Part shown: piece by piece, positions 29,048 to 39,578 of the stretch
Position numbering within the stretch: position 1 is the first letter of the stretch
Layout of the letters: the number at the start of each line of letters is the position of its first letter
Notes under the pieces: generated by a model
Told to the model about the DNA's origin: nothing
Seen by the model: only the letters and a program-made list of their open reading frames with translations
Databases searched by the model: none
Made by a program: the position numbers and the translations under genes
Origin: an uncultured Planctomycetota bacterium
Lineage (GTDB): Bacteria > Planctomycetota > Planctomycetia > Isosphaerales > Isosphaeraceae
Length of the DNA stretch: 64,000 nucleotides
Direction: 5' to 3'
NCBI GenBank assembly: GCA_963823665.1
Contig: CAWGMQ010000010.1
Span: 2,560,001-2,624,000, forward strand

Positions 29048-31174
29048 TCATGACCGGGTCACCGGCCGCTGCCACCGCAAGATCGCCGACCCCACGATCA
29101 CGGCCACGCACACGAGCAGCATCGCCGTCATACCGATATTCAGCCACCCTTGCAACGGCTGGCCGGCCTGCACCATTTTCGACCAGTATCGCCCGATTTC
29201 ATGGTAGGCGGTCGTGCTGGTTGTCGTCGCCACGAACAGCATCGGCAGAATCGTGACCGGCGCATATCGCCCTCGACCCGCATTGAAGAGAATCGTCGTG
29301 ACCACCGCGAGCGCGATCACCGCCAGAAGCTGATTGGCCATCCCGAACATCGGCCAGATCGTTTCCACGCTGCCGGTGTAAATGAAATAGCCCCAGCCCA
29401 GGACCACGAGCCCCGTCGACAAAAGCGCAGCCGGCCACCACTTCAGGTCACCGAGCGGCGCCCAGATCGTGCCGAGGAACTCCTGCACCAGGAACCGCGC
29501 AATCCGCGTACCGGCATCGATCGTGGTCAGGATGAACAGCGCCTCGAACATGATTGCAAAGTGATACCAGTACTTGAGCATCCAACTCATACCCGGAAGG
29601 GCGTCGGAAAAGATCCGCGCCATCCCGACGGCCAGCGTGACCGCCCCGCCGGTTCGGCCGTGCAGCGACTCCTGCACGTTCTTTTCCATCGTCGTCAGCT
29701 CGCTCTCCGCGGCCCTAGCCGCGCCCTCAGGCTGCTCCGTCCTTAGCGCACCATCCTCGAGCGACTGTGCAAAATCATGGTGCTGGGCCAGAAACTCCGG
29801 CCGGCGATTCAGCGAGATGTTGATGTCGTAATACATCGAATTGGGTAGGGCCGCCGCCGCGATCAAGGCCACTACGCCCACCAGGCCTTCCATGAGCATC
29901 GCACCGTAGCCGATCATTCGCACGTCGCTCTCGCGATCGACCATCTTGGGCGTCGTGCCTGATGCGACCAGCGAATGAAATCCGGAAATCGCCCCGCACA
30001 TGATGCAGATGAAGACATACGGAAAGATCGGACCATCGAAGTAAGGACCGCCCCCTGCCGAGAAATACGGGCTCACCGCCGGCGCTTCGAGCTTGGGATT
30101 GACGATCAAGACCCCACCGACCAGCAGCAGAATCGTGCCGATCTTGAGAAACGTCGACAGGTAGTCGCGCGGGCAGAGCAACAGCCACACCGGCAGCACG
30201 GCCGCAACAAATCCATATCCCGCCAGCGCGAAGACCGTCCAGTCTCGTGACAGCGAAAAGTACGGCTCGAGCGGAGATCCGGGGACCAAAACCCCCGCAA
30301 CCGTCGCACCCAGCACCAGCACGGCACCGATCAGCGAGGCCTCGAGGATCTTTCCGCGCCGCAGGCGATACATGTACCAGCCCACGAAGAGCGCAATTGG
30401 AATCGTGCACGCGATCGTGAAGGTGCCCCACGAACTGCCCGGCACCAGCCTGACGGCGTCGCGCGGCAGCACGAGCCCCTTCTTGGTGGGATCGGACTTG
30501 TACGGCTCGTTCGCCGGAACCGCCAGGTCGAACGCTTCGTGAAAAACCATGGTCTCTTCGGGCTTCTCGCCGAAACGATAAGTCGAGCCCTCAGGGATCT
30601 TGAGGATGATCGGTTTTCCCCGCTCGAGTTTCCGTTCGAGGCGAGGGACGTCGTCAGGATAGATCAAGACGGTTCCCGCCTTCATCTTTACCTCCTCGCC
30701 GCCCAGCGCCTTCACGACGACAATTCCCAGCCCGGCCAGTGCGATGATCACGATGTACAGGATCGCGATCGCCGCCGCCAATCCGGCCGGCCGGCCGATC
30801 TCCGAGCGTGCCAGGGCCGCCAGGCTCATCCCGTCGCGGCGCGTCGAGCAGGCCAGAACCATCATGTCCTGGACCGCCCCGGCCAGGCAGACGCCCACGA
30901 CCAGCCAGACCAGCCCCGGTAAGTAGCCGAACTGGATCGCCAGCACCGGGCCGATGAGAGGACCCGCCCCGGAGATCGCGGCAAAATGATGGCCGAAGAG
31001 CACCCAACGGTTGGTCGGGTCAAAGTTCTGGCCGTCGTGAAGTCGGTGCGCGGGAGTGACCCGTGAGTCGTCCAGCACGGCCACCCGGGCAGCCAGAAAT
31101 GCGCTGTAGTACCGGTAGGCGATGACGAAGATCACGAGAACAACGACCATCACCGGCATCGCGTAAACAGTCAT
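29048..31174 (-). CDS. cstA: Carbon starvation protein A (peptide/pyruvate transporter)
   Basis: VLFGHHFAAISGAGPLIGP, LLCPRDYLS, CGAISGFHSL, IWPMFGMANQLLA. Confidence 0.96.
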   Translation of the reverse strand: MTVYAMPVMVVVLVIFVIAYRYYSAFLAARVAVLDDSRVTPAHRLHDGQNFDPTNRWVLFGHHFAAISGAGPLIGPVLAIQFGYLPGLVWLVVGVCLAGAVQDMMVLACSTRRDGMSLAALARSEIGRPAGLAAAIAILYIVIIALAGLGIVVVKALGGEEVKMKAGTVLIYPDDVPRLERKLERGKPIILKIPEGSTYRFGEKPEETMVFHEAFDLAVPANEPYKSDPTKKGLVLPRDAVRLVPGSSWGTFTIACTIPIALFVGWYMYRLRRGKILEASLIGAVLVLGATVAGVLVPGSPLEPYFSLSRDWTVFALAGYGFVAAVLPVWLLLCPRDYLSTFLKIGTILLLVGGVLIVNPKLEAPAVSPYFSAGGGPYFDGPIFPYVFICIMCGAISGFHSLVASGTTPKMVDRESDVRMIGYGAMLMEGLVGVVALIAAAALPNSMYYDINISLNRRPEFLAQHHDFAQSLEDGALRTEQPEGAARAAESELTTMEKNVQESLHGRTGGAVTLAVGMARIFSDALPGMSWMLKYWYHFAIMFEALFILTTIDAGTRIARFLVQEFLGTIWAPLGDLKWWPAALLSTGLVVLGWGYFIYTGSVETIWPMFGMANQLLAVIALAVVTTILFNAGRGRYAPVTILPMLFVATTTSTTAYHEIGRYWSKMVQAGQPLQGWLNIGMTAMLLVCVAVIVGSAILRWQRPVTRS

Positions 31175-31180
31175 TGCTGT

Positions 31181-31215
31181 TGGTCCGTTGTCAGTTGTCC
31201 GTTGTCAGTTGTCGG
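31181..31215. repeat. Heptamer tandem repeat (TTGTCAG/TTGTCCG, ~5 units)
   Basis: Visible directly upstream of the cstA start. Confidence 0.7.
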
Positions 31216-31254
31216 CGGTCCGCACTCGCGTCCGATCATTCCCGCGCCGCATCC

Positions 31255-31833
31255 CTACGCCTCGGGAGGCACGTCGTCGCCCTCCTTTGAGTCGGGTTCG
31301 ACGGCAGCGTCCTTGCGCCAGATTGCGAGCTGCGGCTGGTGATATTCGAGGAACCAGATCTCTTCTTCGACCCCGAGCTCCTCCGCCAGCCGGTGCGCGA
31401 CCAGGTAATTCACCACTTCCAGCGATGACGCCAGGAAATCGGTGCGAGAATCGGCCGGCTGGGCCGGATTGTGGAAGATGAACCGGATCACCAGCACGCG
31501 CTCGTCAACCGGGCCTTGCGGCGAAAGGTACCGGCCGTCCATCTCGTATATGGAATACCCGCGCGAGGCCTGGCAAAGCGTCCTGATCCAGGCTTCCTCG
31601 TCAAACTCGCCCGATTGCCGCCGGCGCTGCTTGATCGACTTCTGGATAAATGGAACCGCCCGGATCGCGTCCTCGTTGAAAAGGTCCTCGAGCACTTCCT
31701 GGACCTTGCCGAAATACCCGAGCTTCTTCGGCAGGATCACCTCGTACATCCGCGCCGGCATCGGGCCCACGAGCTGGTAGCCGGCAATCGAACGGCCAGG
31801 CGATCGAGCCGGGCTGCGCCTGGGCTTATTCAT
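31255..31833 (-). CDS. Hypothetical protein
   Basis: ATG 31833 overlapping the upstream gene end; YEVILPKKLGYFGKVQEVLEDLF...EEEIWFLEY. Confidence 0.7.
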   Translation of the reverse strand: MNKPRRSPARSPGRSIAGYQLVGPMPARMYEVILPKKLGYFGKVQEVLEDLFNEDAIRAVPFIQKSIKQRRRQSGEFDEEAWIRTLCQASRGYSIYEMDGRYLSPQGPVDERVLVIRFIFHNPAQPADSRTDFLASSLEVVNYLVAHRLAEELGVEEEIWFLEYHQPQLAIWRKDAAVEPDSKEGDDVPPEA

Positions 31834-32545
31834 CGGGTTCGCGCGGGCCGCCCTCGGGTAAAAGGTGCTCGAGCGGGCATTGCTCGCAGCGCGGAGCCGC
31901 CGCGCGGCAGTACTCGCGGCCAAGTTGCACCATTCCCCGCGACAGGTCGCCCAGCACTTTCGCCGCCTCGCCGTCGGCGATATCGCCCCGCCCGGTCGCC
32001 TGCTCTACCAAGGCGTCGCGCGCATCGGAATAGTCTGCGCCGGGGTCAAGCCACGCGTGGCGAGCCAGCACCCGGTACGTCACGCGGTCAACCGGATACG
32101 ACGGTCGCTCGAGCGCAAAGAGCAAGATCGCGTCGGCGGCCGCCAGACTGATGCCGGGAACCGCCGCCAGCTCTCCCCGCAGCCAGTCGGTCGATCGATC
32201 GGGGTTCAACAGCGATTCAACCCGCCCGTCGTGATGCTCGACGATCCACTGGGCCAGTTGCTTGATCGGCATGATCAGAAAAGGTGACGCCGCAACACCA
32301 TGCTCCAACAATGTCTCGCGGATCTCGAGCACGTCGGCGCGGGCCAGCCCATCGGGGGCGAGCAGGCCCGCTTTCTCGAGCGCACCCAGTGCCAACGCCG
32401 CGCTCGCCGCCGTCAGCTCGCGGTCCAAGAGCACGCCGATCATGGCCTCGAACGGACCGCGCCGCTCGACTTCGGGCCGAGACCCGCCGAAGTCCTTGAC
32501 CAAGACCTCGTGAACCGTCGAAAAGGCTTCTTCGAGGGTCGGCAT
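31826..32545 (-). CDS. Endonuclease III-related HhH-GPD protein
   Basis: [27 protein letters not shown]-x6-CxxCPL. Confidence 0.85.
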   Translation of the reverse strand: MPTLEEAFSTVHEVLVKDFGGSRPEVERRGPFEAMIGVLLDRELTAASAALALGALEKAGLLAPDGLARADVLEIRETLLEHGVAASPFLIMPIKQLAQWIVEHHDGRVESLLNPDRSTDWLRGELAAVPGISLAAADAILLFALERPSYPVDRVTYRVLARHAWLDPGADYSDARDALVEQATGRGDIADGEAAKVLGDLSRGMVQLGREYCRAAAPRCEQCPLEHLLPEGGPREPDE

Positions 32546-32677
32546 GAGCAGATCGATTCCGCGTGGTACCGGCATCCGGGCCGTACGTCCCAAAATATCC
32601 CTACGGGTCGATCACGCGTCCTGACCAGCAAAATGAAACAAAACAGACAGCAGCGAAACCGCCCCGAGCAGGCTCGT

Positions 32678-32959
32678 TCACGCCTGCTTCGACTTGGTCA
32701 GGGCAGCGAAATACGCCCGAGCCAGCTTGCTCTTGCGGCGAGCCGCCGTGTTTGGATGCAGCACCCGGCGTGCCCCGGCCTTGTCGATCTTCGATGCCGC
32801 GGCCTTCATGTCGGTGAGTGCCTGGTCGAAATCCTTGGCGGCCAGCGCCGTCATGGTGCGCTTGCTCAGAGTCTTGATGGCTTTTTTGCTGATGCGATTG
32901 CGCAGTCGCCGCTTGGCGTTCTGCCGCATCCGCTTGGCTGCAGAGGGTGAATTTGGCAT
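32678..32959 (-). CDS. rpsT: 30S ribosomal protein S20
   Basis: SAAKRMRQNAKRRLRNR...IDKA...HPNTAARRKS. Confidence 0.98.
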   Translation of the reverse strand: MPNSPSAAKRMRQNAKRRLRNRISKKAIKTLSKRTMTALAAKDFDQALTDMKAAASKIDKAGARRVLHPNTAARRKSKLARAYFAALTKSKQA

Positions 32960-33078
32960 GGTTCCCTAAACTTGCTCGCAATTCGTGAGAAAAACCAGAC
33001 CCATCTGCGCCAGGCGCAGTGCGCGTGATTCCGCATTCGCAAGGGCAAGAGGCCCCAAGCATAACATCTTTGCCCGAG

Positions 33079-34471
33079 TCAGATCAAGCGTTTCAGCCGT
33101 TCGGCCACGTCGAGATAGGAATAATCGATCGCCGCGACCTCGTTGTAATGCTCCTCCGCAGCCTCGTTGTTCCCGAGCGATTCGGCTGTCCGCCCCAGAC
33201 GATATTGAATGGACAGAAACATGGCCTGGTCCTCGGGGTCGAGAAGCTTGAGGGCCTCTTTGTAATTCCGATCCGCCAGCTTGTGCGCGCCGTTGGCCTC
33301 GAAGCTGAGCCCCGAATGGTAGAGCGCCTCGATCTTGGTTGTCGCGACGGAGCTCGTCCGGGCTTGCTGAAATTCGGCGATCGCTCCGTCATGATCACCC
33401 ACGCGTGCCAGCACCTTGCCGAGCTGAAGATGCAGCGCTCGCGTCGTCCGCATTCAATTTGGCGCGACGGCGAAACGCTCCAACCTCATATTTATTAAGC
33501 ATTTCGTTCAATTGGTCGAGCTTCGCTTTGTGGCCGGTGTCCTCGGGATGCTGAAGCACTTTCTGTGCCTGTGCGTCAATCGCTCGCTTCAGGCGGTGGA
33601 GCTGGATGTCTTCGTAAACCAGCATCAGCGACGGCTCGTCCGGGTTGGCCTTGAGTCCCTTCGCGAGCACCTTCTCAGCCTTGTCGAAGTCGCTGTGACG
33701 GCGATAGATTTCGGCCAGGTCGAGATACGAATGGACCGCCTTGGGGTCGGACAGGATGTCTTTGACCAGGCGCTGCTCGGGTGAGAGCTGCTCGTGCTTG
33801 AGGCGTGCCAGGTCGGCTGCCTTTGACTCGGCCGACTCGGGCGCCGCGGCCGCGGCTGCCCGATCGTCGAGGGCATCGTCCAGCTTGGCGCGTTTGATCG
33901 TCGAGCTGGCCGAAAGGGCGTTGATTTGCCGGTTCGCGTCCTGGTCGTTGGGATTGAGCTTCTTCACCTTCTCCCAGCAGAGGATCGCCTTCGCCCAGCT
34001 CTCATTCGCCTCATGTACCCGCGCCGCGTATTTGAGAAAGTCGACGTCCTTGGTGACCACCTCCACCGACTCTACGAACCACTCGGCGAGCACCAGAAGC
34101 TCCATGCCTTCCGCAGATTCCGCGGCCACCCTCGCTGCCCCCACGTCCCACGGGTTGTTCAGAAACGCGTCTTCACACAGCGAGATCGCTTCCGCGAACT
34201 TCTGCTTCCCGCGAGCATTCTTGGCGCGAAACAGGATCGGCTGATTCTTGGCACCGACCAGCATGCCCACCTTGCCGGGATCGTTGTTGAACTTGCGCCG
34301 CTCAATTCCCCGCAGAGCCTGCCGGTACACGAGATTGTCCACGCAGATCTGGCTCGCCTGCTTGTACATCGTGATGGCATAGTCGTGGTTGCCTTTGAGC
34401 GCAGCATCATTACCGTACTTGAAGAACGTTTGCGCTTTCTGCACATCGCCAGAATGCGACTCCTCAGACAT
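33079..34471 (-). CDS. TPR protein, frameshifted near 33440
   Basis: ORFs 33395-34540 and 33079-33453 form a continuous TPR protein ending IDYSYLDVAERL. Confidence 0.8.
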
Positions 34472-34744
34472 CGGGGGCGCTCCTCCGGAAATCCAGACTG
34501 GAACCTGCTCGCGACTGTCGCTCACCGCACCATCGGCCAAAGAACACTACGCGCGTGCCCGCGCGCCGGGACACTCGCCGCGATTCCTCACCCAGTGCCG
34601 CGCGAGCGGTTTAGACGCGAGCTCGATAACTACTCTTTACATTCTAACATCACGCCACCGCCAGTCACCACGTACGAATGCCCGACTTTAAAGTCTTGCC
34701 GGATCGCTCTTGATTGCGGGCTGAGCGTAACCGAAACTGCGCTC

Positions 34745-35638
34745 ATGACACCGATCCTGCGTGACCGTGGACTTTCGATGCTGGTCGGCGAGGCCGAGCT
34801 CAAGCCGCTTTGCCACGGTTTTCAGTTCACGGAAGGGCCCCTTGCAGTGAGCGACGGCTCGCTCCTCTTCCAGGACATCCGGGCGGAGCGGACGTTTCGC
34901 CTTCTACCCGATGGAACGCTCCAGACGCTTCGTGAGCAGACGAAGGCCGCCAACGGGCAGACGTGGCTTCCGGACGGGTCCATCGTTTTTTGCGAACAGA
35001 ATGGCCGGCGGCTCGCCCGGATGACTGCTGATGGCTCTGAAGTGACGTCTCTGGCCGAAACCTGGTCGGGCGCCCGGCTCAACAGCCCCAACGACGTCGT
35101 CTGCCGGACCGACGGCCTGGTCTACTTCACCGACCCTCCTTACGGGGTGCAGCCTTCGGAGCGATCGCTTCATTTTCAGGGAGTTTACGCCCTGGATCTC
35201 AAACACAGCGGCCAGGCCGGGCTGCGCCTGGTCGCCGACGACTTCGAGAAGCCCAACGGACTGGCGTTCTCGCCCGATGAGCGAACGCTCTACGTCTGCG
35301 ACACCGCCCGATACCACGTCCGGGCCTTCGAAGTCGAGCCCTCAGGCGCCTTGAGGCCGGGTTCGAGCCGGGTCTTCGCGCGTTTTGACCCCGAACGGCC
35401 CGGGGGTCCTGACGGAATGAAGGTCGACAAGGCCGGGCGAGTTTACGTGGCCGTCGCTCTGGGAGTCTGGGTTTTCGATCCCGATGGAACCCTTCTCGGT
35501 ATCCTGGCGGTTCCGGCCCGGCCGGCCAACCTGGGGTGGCGCGGACCCGACGGCGGGAGGCTGGCGATCACTGCGGTCGACACCGTTTACGAGATCGAGC
35601 TTGCCGTCGAGGGAATCCTGCCCCCGTTCCTGGCCTGA
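34745..35638 (+). CDS. SMP-30/gluconolactonase family protein
   Basis: FTEGP, LNSPND, YFTDPPYG, PNGLAFSPDE, PDGMKVD. Confidence 0.93.
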   Translation: MTPILRDRGLSMLVGEAELKPLCHGFQFTEGPLAVSDGSLLFQDIRAERTFRLLPDGTLQTLREQTKAANGQTWLPDGSIVFCEQNGRRLARMTADGSEVTSLAETWSGARLNSPNDVVCRTDGLVYFTDPPYGVQPSERSLHFQGVYALDLKHSGQAGLRLVADDFEKPNGLAFSPDERTLYVCDTARYHVRAFEVEPSGALRPGSSRVFARFDPERPGGPDGMKVDKAGRVYVAVALGVWVFDPDGTLLGILAVPARPANLGWRGPDGGRLAITAVDTVYEIELAVEGILPPFLA

Positions 35639-35860
35639 TTTCTTTCGTTGCAATGGCTGTTCAAGTCTGAAACGATCGATTATCCTGAGACGGCCTGGAG
35701 GCGATCTCACCGAGCCCCGGTGCGGCCCTCCTCAACTCGACCGGCCTGGTTCCGGCCCGAGCCCGCGGGATGCGAGGTGACGTGAGATTGTTCGATTCTA
35801 ATCCGATCCGCAAAACGCCCGACCAATCGCGGCCCGCGGTGGTCGATTCAGGAGCTCCGA

Positions 35861-36080
35861 GTGGCCAAAGAGGAACCGATTCGCACCGAGGGACGCATCG
35901 TCGAGGCGCTTCCCGAACACTCAATTCATGGTTGAGCTGGAGAACGGACACCGAATCCTCGCGCACATCGCCGGCAAGATGCGGAAGAATTTCATCCGGA
36001 TCGTGCCCGGCGACCGGGTGACCGTCGAAATCACCCCGTACGACCTCACCAAAGGGCGGATCGTCTACCGCGAGCGCTGA
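35861..36080 (+). CDS. infA: Translation initiation factor IF-1 with an apparent +1 frameshift at 35912-35914
   Basis: GTG start after [23 protein letters not shown] / [54 protein letters not shown]; 220 nt = 73 codons + 1. Confidence 0.95.
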
Positions 36081-36166
36081 CCGCCCGGCCACATTGCAGG
36101 AGCCGGCTCCGTCCGGCAATCCCTGCTGCGCACGGCGAAGAGATCAACTGACGGATAACCCGTCCC

Positions 36167-37555
36167 TCACGGCCCGCTCCCCCGGCGAGTACGCCCCACA
36201 ATCGATCGAAAACCCATTCCGGCCAGTGTTGCTGCGACCATCTCACCCGGAATCCGATAGCGTATCGAGCTGACGAAGACGAGATGGATCGCGCAAAAGT
36301 AAAATAGCGGACCCGCTAGAAGCACAATCGTCCGCACATCGCGCCGCCGGTCCCAGAGGCCCGCGATGATCAGGCAATAAACCGGAATCACGATCGCTCC
36401 ACTCAGTACAGCCACCCAGGGCGATCGAATCTCCTCCGCATTGGGCCATGGGCTAAAATAACGCCCGAATTTGACGACCGCCAGTTCCAGGACTCGTCCG
36501 GGATTCTCACGAGCAAATTCGACCGCTCGCCGGGTCAGTGTTGCATCCTGTTCCACCTCGCTCCGGGTGCGGATATCGGCTTGCTCGCGGAACCTCATGT
36601 CGCTCGCGCCGGTTGCATTCGGATTCAAGCCGTCGTACAGACTCGCACCGAACCAGGCCGATGTGGCTACAAACCGGCCGTATGTTTGCGCGTTGCGAAC
36701 CCACCACGGGCTCATCACCAGTGCGGTGCTAACTGCGATCAATAGCGCGCTGCGAAGAGCCTCCCGAAGCAACTGCCGGTCGCGTGAAACGGCACTCGCG
36801 GCGACCCAGCAAACGAGCATACTCGGAAGGAACAGCGCGAACGACGGCTTCGTCAGAATTGCCGCGCCGCCCGCCGCGCCGGAGGCCGCCGCGACAAGGA
36901 GACGTTGCGCGGGCGAGAGCGTTTCCACTTCGGGTGGCTTGCGCCAGAGCAAGGTGATTCCACAGAGGGTCGCGAGCAAGAGCGGGATAAAGAGCGCTTC
37001 CGAGAGAATCAACTCCGAGATGGCGACGTAATAAGGATTGAGCGCGGCCAGCGCCGCCGCCGCCAGAGCGGCCGTCCGCCAGCGTGTTCCGCCCGCGGGT
37101 CCAGACTCAAGGGACGGCTCCAATCGCCGGGTCAGCAAATAGACCAGCCCGACGCTTGCGGTGCCGAGGGCGGCCTGCACCAAGCGGATGCCGAGCGGCC
37201 ATTCGCCCAGTATCAAATGGCACGCCGCCAGGAACAGCGGATAGCCCGGCGTCCGCAACGCCTTGAACGAAATCGTGCCCCACTCCACGATCTCGTATGG
37301 CCCGCCGTGGCGAATCGTCCGGGCCAGCAACCAGTAATAATTTGTGTCAGGGAAGATGAAGAGCCGCGGCGGACGCAGCCGCGCGACATAGGACTGAAGC
37401 ACACCAGCAGCAATCACTCGCGATAAGAGCGCCGCTGCCAGCACGGCTGCCGGCGCGGCCAGCCGGCGTAGGGGACCTGCCCATCCCGGCCGCGCAGACC
37501 CGTTCGTTTGCCTCGGTGCCTTTTCGGAAGCGGTCAAACGTCCTCCGCCAAACAT
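36167..37555 (-). CDS. GT-C (ArnT/PMT-like) membrane glycosyltransferase
   Basis: PDTNYY, RTPGYPLFLA, ILSEALF, PWWVRN, RYRIP; many TM segments. Confidence 0.85.
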   Translation of the reverse strand: MFGGGRLTASEKAPRQTNGSARPGWAGPLRRLAAPAAVLAAALLSRVIAAGVLQSYVARLRPPRLFIFPDTNYYWLLARTIRHGGPYEIVEWGTISFKALRTPGYPLFLAACHLILGEWPLGIRLVQAALGTASVGLVYLLTRRLEPSLESGPAGGTRWRTAALAAAALAALNPYYVAISELILSEALFIPLLLATLCGITLLWRKPPEVETLSPAQRLLVAAASGAAGGAAILTKPSFALFLPSMLVCWVAASAVSRDRQLLREALRSALLIAVSTALVMSPWWVRNAQTYGRFVATSAWFGASLYDGLNPNATGASDMRFREQADIRTRSEVEQDATLTRRAVEFARENPGRVLELAVVKFGRYFSPWPNAEEIRSPWVAVLSGAIVIPVYCLIIAGLWDRRRDVRTIVLLAGPLFYFCAIHLVFVSSIRYRIPGEMVAATLAGMGFRSIVGRTRRGSGP

Positions 37556-37574
37556 GTTCTCCAGCCACTCGGTG

Positions 37575-38579
37575 TCACTTGACCCGCCACCAGAGCGATG
37601 GGTCGCACTTCTCCGCAGCGGCCGCGGCCTCGATCTCTGTGCGGAATCGCTTCGCGTCCGTGTGATAGCCGGCCGTCCGCTTCAGGCCGGGCATGCGGTC
37701 GCACCAGTACTCATTGAACACGTCCATCCAGAGTTCGCGAATCGTCTTGCTCACGATCGAGGCCAGCGCCACCAGTCCGTCGTTTTGATCGGCCCTCGGC
37801 TCCAGGCTGATGTGCATTTGCCGGGCAGCCTCGCGCACGGTGTAGCGGCTCGCCTCAGGCCCCTCACAACCGCGGTCGATCCAGGTTCCGGGGAACGAAC
37901 GAGTCAATGGTGCGTAATAGTAGTGCCGCCCGCCGTGCTTGTCGCCGACGACCTCCGTACGAACGCCGTCCGTCGTGCAACCCCACACCCACGCGAGCAG
38001 TTGCTCGAACGCTTCGTAGTGAACGACCGACTTGAGCCCGTGGTCTTCCAGCCCTCGGTTGAACCGCGCAGGGCCTACCACAACGCTGCGCACGCCCTTG
38101 ATCCGCCACTTTCCGTCCGACGGCACGAGCGGGCCTTGCGCGAGCCGGTCTTCCAGCCCCGGCTCACCGTCGATCGGCGGGCCGAGATTCTCGGGTCCGG
38201 AACACCTGAGCCAGCTCGATAGCTCCACGTCGTCAAACGTTCCGGCACCGACCGTCTCCAGCAGCGCTCGAAGCGACCGGGGACACGCCGCAGCGGCCGC
38301 ATGAATTGCTGCCAGAGCCGACGTCTCGAGCCGTTGACGCCCCTTTCCCCCGCTGTAGATCGCCTTCGAGTCGTCGACCCAGAGCCGGTCAGGATCGCCC
38401 CCCGCGCGATCGACTGTCGCGCAGAGATCATCCCAGAGGTCGAGGGACGCGGCGCCTTCATCCCACGATCGCTCAACCGACGATTCGGCCATCACGGCCG
38501 TCATGACGAGCGGACCCAGGTTCGGTCCGTACCCGGCTTCGTCGATTCCCACCCACCGCAACGTGAAGTCCCTCCGCAA
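37575..38579 (-). CDS. RNase HII-like protein
   Basis: VGIDEAGYGPNLGPLV, DDSK, DKHGG, VALASIVSK..RE, AGY. Confidence 0.75.
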   Translation of the reverse strand: MRRDFTLRWVGIDEAGYGPNLGPLVMTAVMAESSVERSWDEGAASLDLWDDLCATVDRAGGDPDRLWVDDSKAIYSGGKGRQRLETSALAAIHAAAAACPRSLRALLETVGAGTFDDVELSSWLRCSGPENLGPPIDGEPGLEDRLAQGPLVPSDGKWRIKGVRSVVVGPARFNRGLEDHGLKSVVHYEAFEQLLAWVWGCTTDGVRTEVVGDKHGGRHYYYAPLTRSFPGTWIDRGCEGPEASRYTVREAARQMHISLEPRADQNDGLVALASIVSKTIRELWMDVFNEYWCDRMPGLKRTAGYHTDAKRFRTEIEAAAAAEKCDPSLWWRVK

Positions 38580-38703
38580 GATTATTCCGCACGCGCACAG
38601 CTTATACTATGCTTCTTGCGGAACGGAAGCTTCTACCGCGCACGAGCCACCCGGCATGCCGCCGGGCAACGCTTCCGCGCCGATTCCCGGGGGAGCAAAC
38701 GCC

Positions 38704-39540
38704 ATGAAGTCGGCTCCGCGAAACCACAATCGGCGCCTCCAGGTCGAATCACTCGAAGGCCGGGCGCTCATGAGCGGGATGACGCTCGAATCACCGCATT
38801 CACCGTCTGCCGCCATTCTGGCGCGAATCCACGTGCCGAAGATTTCATTTCCCGCGGCCGGGAAGAACGCCGTGCTGAACGCGATCTTCGGCGGCGCCGG
38901 TCACGAGTTCGTCACGCTCGCCGAGAAAGAGATCCCCAACCTCCTCTCCGTCGTCAGCGGATTCGAATCCGGCACAATCACTCAATTCACGGCGCGCGGG
39001 CTCGTCTTCAAGAAGCCGAACTGGCAGAGCGGCTACACCGGGTTCCCGCACGACACCGAGGCGGGAACGATCGCCGGCGGGATCTTGCTGAAGCGAAAGG
39101 AGATCGAGCTGGCGGCGATCACGCGCGGGCCGTTCTCGACGACACCGTTCACAACCTACGTCGTCTTTGCCATTAACCGCGGAGCGGGGGCACGTCTCGG
39201 CCCCGTGTTCCTCGAGCGCCCATCACTCACGCCGGATGCCCTCGTCACCGTGGCCGTCGGCCCGGACGGCCAGGGAAATTCCGCGACCGTCACCGACTTG
39301 ACCACCGGAACAACCGTGCCGCTCAATCCCCAGCTCATCCAGGTGCAGGGCCCGGTCGTCCGGGTGCTCGTCTCCGCGAAGCAACTTCCGTCCGAGGGTT
39401 TCAAACTTCAGAACTACACGTTCGGGGTTTACACCCAGCTCTTCGCGAACGCGCCTTACCAGGACACCGGCAGCTTCCTTCCTGAGAATTCGATGATCCC
39501 CATCGGCGTGGAAACCAACGTGGCGCCGCCGCGGCTTTGA
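38704..39540 (+). CDS. Exported hypothetical protein with a planctomycete-type signal motif
   Basis: RRLQVESLEGRALMS near the N-terminus; GGGGAG RBS. Confidence 0.75.
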   Translation: MKSAPRNHNRRLQVESLEGRALMSGMTLESPHSPSAAILARIHVPKISFPAAGKNAVLNAIFGGAGHEFVTLAEKEIPNLLSVVSGFESGTITQFTARGLVFKKPNWQSGYTGFPHDTEAGTIAGGILLKRKEIELAAITRGPFSTTPFTTYVVFAINRGAGARLGPVFLERPSLTPDALVTVAVGPDGQGNSATVTDLTTGTTVPLNPQLIQVQGPVVRVLVSAKQLPSEGFKLQNYTFGVYTQLFANAPYQDTGSFLPENSMIPIGVETNVAPPRL

Positions 39541-39578
39541 TGGATCGGGTCTGGCTGGGATGCGCCAAGCAGGTCCCA

